Shown here piece after piece: positions 57,472-64,000 of a stretch of 64,000 bases of DNA. Each line of letters starts with the position of its first letter. The first letter of the stretch is position 1. A program made the translations under genes and the position numbers. The DNA is from Blastocladiella emersonii ATCC 22665 (lineage: Eukaryota > Fungi > Blastocladiomycota), in NCBI GenBank assembly GCA_025594325.1, contig JANHCV010000003.1, positions 372,001-436,000 on the forward strand, written 5' to 3'. The notes below the pieces were generated by a model. That model did not search any database and was not told the origin of the DNA. It saw only the letters and a list, made by a program, of their open reading frames with translations.

Positions 57472-60290
57472 CTAGATTCTCAGCCGCGTGCTGGCGCGAG
57501 AAGAGAATCGGGCGTCGTCGAAGAGTTTAGCGATGCGCGGGTCGTCTGGCGCGATGGCTGTACCTTGATCGAAAGCGGTCTTGGTCAGCTCGTCGAGCAT
57601 CTGGAGCCGCTTGTCCTCGGCCACTGCGAGTGGATCCGGCTTCATGGACTTGAGCACGGCTCTTGGGATCGGCTGAAGCACCCGCAGGTACTTTGAGCGA
57701 CGAAGCCGCGGTAACGCCACGTACAGGGAAGTGCCGCTGATGAGACGCTCCATGCCCGCGGGACGCGGATCTGCCAGGGCGATGGCGTTCTTGGTCACGC
57801 CTTGAACCCCGTGGACCGTCATGGCGAAGGCTGGCACCATCGGGTACTGCTCGATGTGCGCGACGACATGATTAGGATACTTGCTCCTGTTGGTCTTGGT
57901 GTTGTTGACACAGAGCGGGATGGAACCGCCCGCCATGTACAGGAAGTTCTTCTTCTCCACGGCAAGCGGGATGACCGTGTCAGGCCACGCGGCCGGCATG
58001 CCCGGGAAGCAAGGGCCACGAGGAGCGTCGGGCAGGTCGATCCACACGTTGAGTGGAGCGCAGGATGGCCGGTACATGTTGGACGCGGTTCGCGTGAACG
58101 TGGTCTCGGGCTTCCAGTCGATGTGGTGCACGACGCCAACCGCACCGCTCGCGCACCCCTTTGCTACGCACTGGTTGGTCTTGACGCGCATCTCCATTCC
58201 GACGAAGAGCTCGAGGATGGCCGGCAGTTCAGTCGTGGTTTCTGGCTCTCCTCCGAGGCGGAACACGTCCTTGTCGCAGATGGCAACGCGTTCGCGCGTG
58301 CGGCGCCTATCACGCGGGCGTGTGATGTTGCCCTTGATCTGGAACACGATGCGGTTCGGGTTTGCTGCTGTGAGCCGCGTGTAGAGCAGGTTGAAGGCGT
58401 GGCGCGTGTGGTTGTCAGGCGCGATAACCGTGAGTCCGGGCTTCTTGAGGGTCTCCTTGAAGACATTGTTGCCGTTTTCGTCGACCTGCTGCCGAAGCTG
58501 AGTGGTCGTACGCGAGTTGATCAGGTCGCACAGCGTGTCCGACGCCTCGACGAGGCGGAGCGCGTCCATTTCGTTGCCCCATGGTGGATCGTCGACAAAT
58601 CGGTTGCTCTTCACGAGACGAACAGCGCGTGTAGTGCGCCAGTACGCGACCTGGCCTCGATCCACGTGCTCGGGGACCGTCAATTGATTTGACGTCATGC
58701 GCAGGTAGAACGAGTCCGGCGCGTCGTTGAGCACGGCGGGCACCTTGTACAGGGCAGCTCCGTTGACGGGAGGCAGCTGTAAATGATCGCCAGCGAACAT
58801 GACGATGCACCCGCCGAATGGTTCGTCGCACCGCCGCAGGAGGCGCAGGTTCGCGTCGATACGGCCGAGTAAAGTCGCGTCGCACATGGAGAACTCGTCG
58901 ATGACGACGCCGAGACGCCCTTTCCACGCGATGGCAACCGCAGGATCGGTACGCAAACGGGCCACGTCCGGGCTGTTTTCTTTCGGCCTTAGCGAAAAAG
59001 AGAACGCGGCGTGGATGGTCGTACCGCCAATGTTGGCGGCCGCGATCCCGGTCATGGCCATGACCATGAGGCACTTTTCCCGGTTCCAGGACGCGAGGAA
59101 GTATCGGATTGCATCGACGACGCGCGACTTGCCCGTGCCGCCCGAGTCGGTGAGGATGATCGGCGTCCGGTCCTTGCTCATGGGCGGGACGGCCGCGGTG
59201 CCGACGACATGTTGGACGTCGTCGCGGCCCAACAGGATCAAGTTCTGCTCGGCCGAGGCCGCAGCGTCTGCGATACCCGCGTTGCCGCCGATGAAGGTGT
59301 CGATGAGCGGCGAGCTCGGCGTTTTCGCGATCGCGAAGCTCGCGGAACTCGCGAGCGCCGTCAAGGCTGAAGTAGTACTCTTGCGCGTACTCGAGATGGT
59401 CGAGCGTGGGGTGGCCAGGTTCGAGCGTCTCCTTGAACGCCTTGAACTTGCCGATCGCGGAGCCCTGCGCGTCGAGGATGTCGCTCGAGACGCGGAAGTG
59501 CTGGAGAAGCAGTAGCGCCACGCGGCAGTACATTTCCTCGGACCCAGCGACGTCGGCAAACTTGCGCGGGTCGGGGAGGTGCGGACCAGCAATTTTGGGC
59601 ACGGCCTTGACGTCCTTCTTGCGCAGCTCGAACGTCTTGGCGAGCGGATGGTCGGCCATGAAGCAGAGCTTCGTGCCGGGCGGGATCTCGGCGCCGGGTT
59701 CGAGGTCTGGTTGAGCGGGTTCCACACGGCCGCCGTCGGCCAGGACCTGGCCCATCTTCTTGGGCATGAGGACGCGCGACCACGTGCGGACAAGGTCGTA
59801 CCACGACAGCCGCTCGAGTTGGGCCGGCCGGAAGATGTAGTCGTGGAGCGCGACGTTTAGCATGGGCTTGCCGTCGACGTTAATGAGCGACGCGATGCAC
59901 TCGACGTCCTCGTTGGTCGCCTCGCCGGCAGCGACGCCCGCGAGTTCGACCCACTTGATGCCCTGGTAGAGCAGCAGCGGCGCAAACTTGTGCGAGAAGA
60001 TGCCCGCGGCCGACGTGTGCAGGAACAGGGCGGCCATGGTCTCGGGGACCTCCATGCAGTTCGCCGACATGAGGTACGCGAGCGAGAGGAGCTTCTTGTG
60101 CCCGCGCGAGAAGGCGTCGGGCTCGGCGTCGAAGCGCAGGTGCCGCGCCTTGTACGCGGCGATGATGGCGGCGTGATTCTCGATAATGTCGCGCGCCTTG
60201 GTCGAGTACTTGGTCGCATCGAACGCGACGATGGACGTGCCGAAAGACGTGAGGAACCGTGCGTCCATGTTCGAGTGAATCATCATCGGC
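57472..60290 (-). pseudogene. Helitron RepHel C-terminal part: PIF1-family helicase, frameshifted near 59310, Rep catalytic domain missing
   Basis: SGGTGKS (Walker A), TGIAA.NIGG.TIH, VIDEFSM, FAGDHLQLPPV, AMTVHGVQG.T, SLYVAL.R. Upstream frame NMDARF..DATKYSTK and MAALFL..SHKF matches the post-Rep region. A stop lies just upstream of 60290. Confidence 0.85.
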
Positions 60291-61347
60291 TCCCAGTGGG
60301 TCTACGCGTTCAAGGCCGCCAAGGACATCTTCAAGGCGCGCCTCGTCGCCGGGCCGGGTCGCAACCTCGAAGACGCCGTCGTGGAGGCCGCCGGCCACGC
60401 GCGTCGCCCTGTCCGCCGTGCAGTACACGCAACCGCAGGAGCCCAAGTACACGGGGCCGCCGACCCCGACGACGCCAAGCACGGGTCCGGCTCGCGCGAC
60501 GCTGACGGCACCGCCGCGGCCGCGGTTCCTCTGCGACGTGAACGCGTCGGACTCGTCAGAATCCGACGACGAACCGGGCTTCCCCGGCGACGAGGCCTTC
60601 ACCTCGGCAGGCGTGCCGCGCACGATGAAGGGCATGCGGGCCGAGCTCAACGAGGCCACGGAGGTGTACCACGAGTGCATGCGCGACGGCCACGAGAACC
60701 TTGTCAAAAACCTCGCCGCGCACCAGGCCGCCCGCGCCGCGGCAAACGGCGTCGCATCGGGCGCCGCTGGTCACGGTGTGCAGCAGGTCGCCGCCTCGAT
60801 TGCCGCGGAACCCGCGGCGCAGCAGCTCACGATCCAGCAGCCCGTCGACATCTCGGCCGCCGTCGTCTCGCCCGCCGCGGCGCCCGTGACGCAGGAGCAC
60901 GCGATCCAGGCGACCGCTGTCGTGTCGCCCGCCATCAACTCGCCCGCCAACACCAAGAACGCCGGCAGCAAGAACACCGGCACCAAGAAGTACGGCGGCT
61001 TCCCGAGCTGCGCGGACCCCATTTGGACGCACTCGTTCATCGCGATCGGAAGCATCGACAAGATCGTCGTGGGGGTGCCGGACTCGAACTCCGTGTCGGT
61101 CGGGTGCGACATGGACGACGCGGCCGCGGCTGCGGCTCCGACAACCGCTGCGCTCGCGGCGTGCACGCCCGCCGCCATCGGTGACGACCAAGCCGGTGTC
61201 CCGACGTCTACCGCCAACGCGACGAAGCGCACGGCGGCGACCGCCGCTGCGGCCGCCGAGGAGGAGCACGAGGAGTGCGTCGTCAACGACGAGCACGAGG
61301 CGCAGCCCAAGCGGCGCCGCAGCGGCCGCCTGTCCTCGTCGACCTGA
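60290..61347 (+). pseudogene. 5'-truncated passenger ORF inside the Helitron, opposite strand to RepHel
   Basis: Codon-biased WVYAFKAAKDIFKARL.., frameshift near 60400, then ..MRAELNEATEVYHECMRDGHENLVKNL, Ala-rich region and basic QPKRRRSGR tail. No own start or promoter. Confidence 0.5.
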
Positions 61348-62576
61348 TGCACTCGCTCCCGCCCCGACTCTGTTCATTCCCCTCGCGCAGGCTCACGCAG
61401 ACTCTTGTTTCCTCCCGCACAAAGATATACTTTTCGTTCTCCTACGTTCACATCGCTCCGATCCTCTTGAACTCAGAAGCTCGCGAAGCACGCGAGTCGG
61501 TGCAACGCGCTCCGCTCGCCCTGCCGCTCGCCCTTGAGTGGTTGGCGCCGCGCGGCGCTTCCGCGGGTTGGGCCGAGGCCGATCACGTGCAAGGCCAGGA
61601 CGCGTTGCGCCACAGCAGTCACATGAGAAACGACGCGTCTGTCACGCGTTTTCGGGTCGCTCACGTGGATGGCGCTCACGTGAGCGTCGGCACCCTATCC
61701 GGCAGCGACCCGGTCTAGAAAGAGGGCTTTAGCCCTCGACAAGGCGTTCCGGTAGTGCGCGTATTGTCGTGGATGAGGGGGGTCGGTCGAGGATTGCAAG
61801 TGCCCGTTTCGCTGGACGTTATGACTGGAGTCAGCTCGGAGAGCTGAAAATGTTGTTCAAACCCATCTATCTGACAGTAAATAGTGCCTAGATCTTCCCC
61901 GGTCGTTGTGGGACGGTTTTGTCCAATGCAGTTGAAGCACGCACTCGACTGAGTTTGTTGACGTGAAAGTCCCCAAGAGCTCGTTGTGCTGCGACTACGG
62001 CATTCAGTACCGAGTCTCCAGTGCCGACAACTTTCGATCCTTAGGCTCAATTCCTTCATTCTCTAGGTGCATGGTTCACTCCCATCGGATCTGCTCAAAA
62101 GGTCTGACACTGGCACATGGTTCGTGCCGCTGGCCAGTCTCTTGTCGACCCAAGCCGCCATGTTCTACACGGCGGGGTTCGACACGTTATCGTGCAGCTT
62201 CTTCATGCTCTTTATCAAATTCATCCCCAGTGGCACGTTCGTGCTCGACCCGACATCGCTCGACGATGACGAGTACATCTGCCCTTTTCAAGGCCACGAC
62301 CCACGCGGTCGCGCTCACGCCCGACGGGCGCAGCGTCATCGTGAGCGCCGCGCTTGGGGATGCAGTGGCCGCTGTCAAGGCAAGGAGTGGTCCCTGCCTG
62401 CCGTCGTGACTCATGTACCTTGTTGGCGCGGTGGCAAGCGGCAACTCGCTCACACAAGGGGGTCAAGGCATGTGCGCACACGAGCCCGTCGGCCGCCGCT
62501 GGTGTTGGAGAATCTGGCGGCGGATGATGGTTAAGCTCGCCGTGTCCATCACCAAACCGCGCCTGCCGAGGGCCCA

Positions 62577-62685
62577 TGGATCCAGGGTGGATCCACTTCG
62601 AGCCTTCCAGCGCTGGATCCAGCATTAATCTAGCGCTGGATCCAAATTTCGCAGACTGGATCCACCATCATGAAAGGTGGATCCA
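62577..62685. repeat. Six perfect TGGATCCA palindromes in 109 bp, with degenerate (G/C)T(G/T)GATC(A/C)AC copies to ~62830
   Basis: Copies start at 62577, 62588, 62614, 62637, 62657 and 62678. Confidence 0.93.
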
Positions 62686-62869
62686 GCCTTGACTGAGATG
62701 AGCTGGAATGAGCTTCGCGGCGACCTGGATCGAGACGTTGATCAACTTTCAACAATGTGGACCCACACCTTGATCCACGCGCCCTGGATCAACTTGTTGT
62801 AAATGTAGTTCTAGGCGTCGATCTACGTCTATATCCAACTCTTGCTCAGGCAGAACCAGGGGCTGATCG

Positions 62870-63400
62870 ACGGTGAACGTGGTGGTGAAGAAACACGTGC
62901 GAAAATGTATCGAAATAGTCGCAACGACCCAGCAAACCATGCGAGGAAGCCGAACGCAACTAGACGTGTTCGTGCTGCTGCAGGATGAGCTCGAGCCCGT
63001 CGCCAAACGTCGTGTTTGCGCCGCCAGGATCACGGCGGTCCACAAAGTTGAGCGAGTTGGCGATCTGCGGCATCATGAGCAGCGTGACGCTCGCAGCGTC
63101 GTCGTACACGTTGATGAGGTACTCGGTGTACCCACCCTGGTGCGCCGACGATGGCCGGTTCCCGTTCGGCGCGACGTGAAGGAAGGCCGAGATGGCCGAC
63201 AGCGGCACGATGTGGAACTCGCACGTGGCGGGTTGCGTGGGACGGAGAGAAACGTCTGCCCGGCGTTAAGGCCCGGCGGAACGACGTGCGGCACCGACTG
63301 GTAGAGGTGGAACCGCTCGACGAGCGTGATCTCAAGTTCAATGTCGTCCAACTTCAGGTCAGAGGGCCAGGTGCGCGTATACCGCTTGGCGACGCGCATC
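62870..63400 (-). pseudogene. Broken ORF of unknown family
   Basis: MRVAKRYTRTWPSDLKLDDIELEITLVERFHLY and CEFHIVPLSAISAFLHV..YTEYLINVYDD lie in different frames. Confidence 0.3.
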
Positions 63401-64000
63401 CGAGGCCATCAGCAAGCTCGATGTCTTAGCTGAGACTCATAAAGCTTCAAGATGCGAAAGCTCTCACGACCGCCGTTACGACTCTTCACGCGAGGGGAGC
63501 GCTGCGGCGGCGCGGCTTGCTCGCCGACCAGGTCCGTCTCGGTCCACTTCCAAAGCTCACGGCACGGCCACACGCTTGCAGCGAGTGATTCATAGATTAT
63601 TCATAGGATGCAACGTCGCGGTACCGTCGCAGGGAGAAGAGAGCGCGGCGCTGCAGCGAAGCGCGAGCCGCAAAACGCGTCGAAGCCAACGTCACGTGAG
63701 CGCGTCGATCGTTTCAGCCGCGTTCGCTTTTCGCGGACTTCGCGCCGCGGCGGCTCGCACTCCCTCGCCCCACCACCAACAGCCATGCTATCGACCAACT
63801 CGACATTTGCGACCTAGCGCAACCGCCTCCTCCGTCACCCCTCAACCTCCATGTACCTCATGTCGACGCGCATCCGCCCGACGCCGCCACGGGCCCGCTC
63901 CGCTCGGTGACTTCCACGGTTCGCGTCTCTCGCCTTCTCCGCACCTTGTACTTCCCCGCGATGTGCATCCGCAGTCACGCCTCAACTCCGCCGACACGCT

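Larger units (their letters stand above)
57190..61739 (-). mobile_element. Non-canonical Helitron (Helitron2/Helentron-like), internally deleted, ~4.55 kb
   Basis: 16-bp inverted repeats TCGAGGGCTAAAGCCC (57219-57234) and GGGCTTTAGCCCTCGA (61724-61739). A hairpin AAACGC-TTC-GCGTTT (57195-57209) lies outside the 3' repeat. The interval encloses RepHel-like coding sequence. Confidence 0.72.

Noticed and set aside
61715-61739. Canonical Helitron1 3' end (hairpin then CTAG on the minus strand)
   Set aside because: CTAG is only 3 nt from the hairpin and is followed by A, not T. The 16-bp match to 57219-57234 and the helicase orientation fit a 5' terminus better.
62577-62685. BamHI-site array as cloning vector or linker contamination
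   Set aside because: Spacers are heterogeneous, lack other polylinker sites and grade into degenerate copies continuous with the flanks.

Overview
GC-rich eukaryotic DNA with short GT..(A/G)CTAAC..AG spliceosomal introns; gene content (Ypk/Gad8-type kinase, His-brace LPMO-like protein with fungal-type chitin-binding tail) suggests a fungus, possibly early-diverging (inference). Four zones. (1) 1-19255: a giant inverted repeat (arms 1-8656 and 10600-19255, base i pairs with 19256-i, 1943-bp spacer). Each arm carries a SKP1-like pseudogene, the start of an F-box-like gene and a triplicated intron-rich gene. (2) About 19.2-42 kb: an accessory island with an F-box-like/helical-repeat gene, a catalytically degenerate SNF2-RING gene, 4-5 further SKP1-like genes or pseudogenes and decayed LRR-like remnants, arranged as two diverged direct duplications. 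(3) 42.5-56.8 kb: a compact conserved block (LPMO-like, p24, ARMT1/DUF89, CDC27, PRE4, PfkB kinase, PTP, YPK1/Gad8, SARAF-like). (4) 57.2-61.7 kb: an internally deleted non-canonical Helitron-like element with 16-bp inverted repeats and terminal hairpins, followed by an array of six TGGATCCA palindromes. No rRNA, CRISPR or telomeric repeats were seen. All family calls come from motif recognition by eye; no database search was run.
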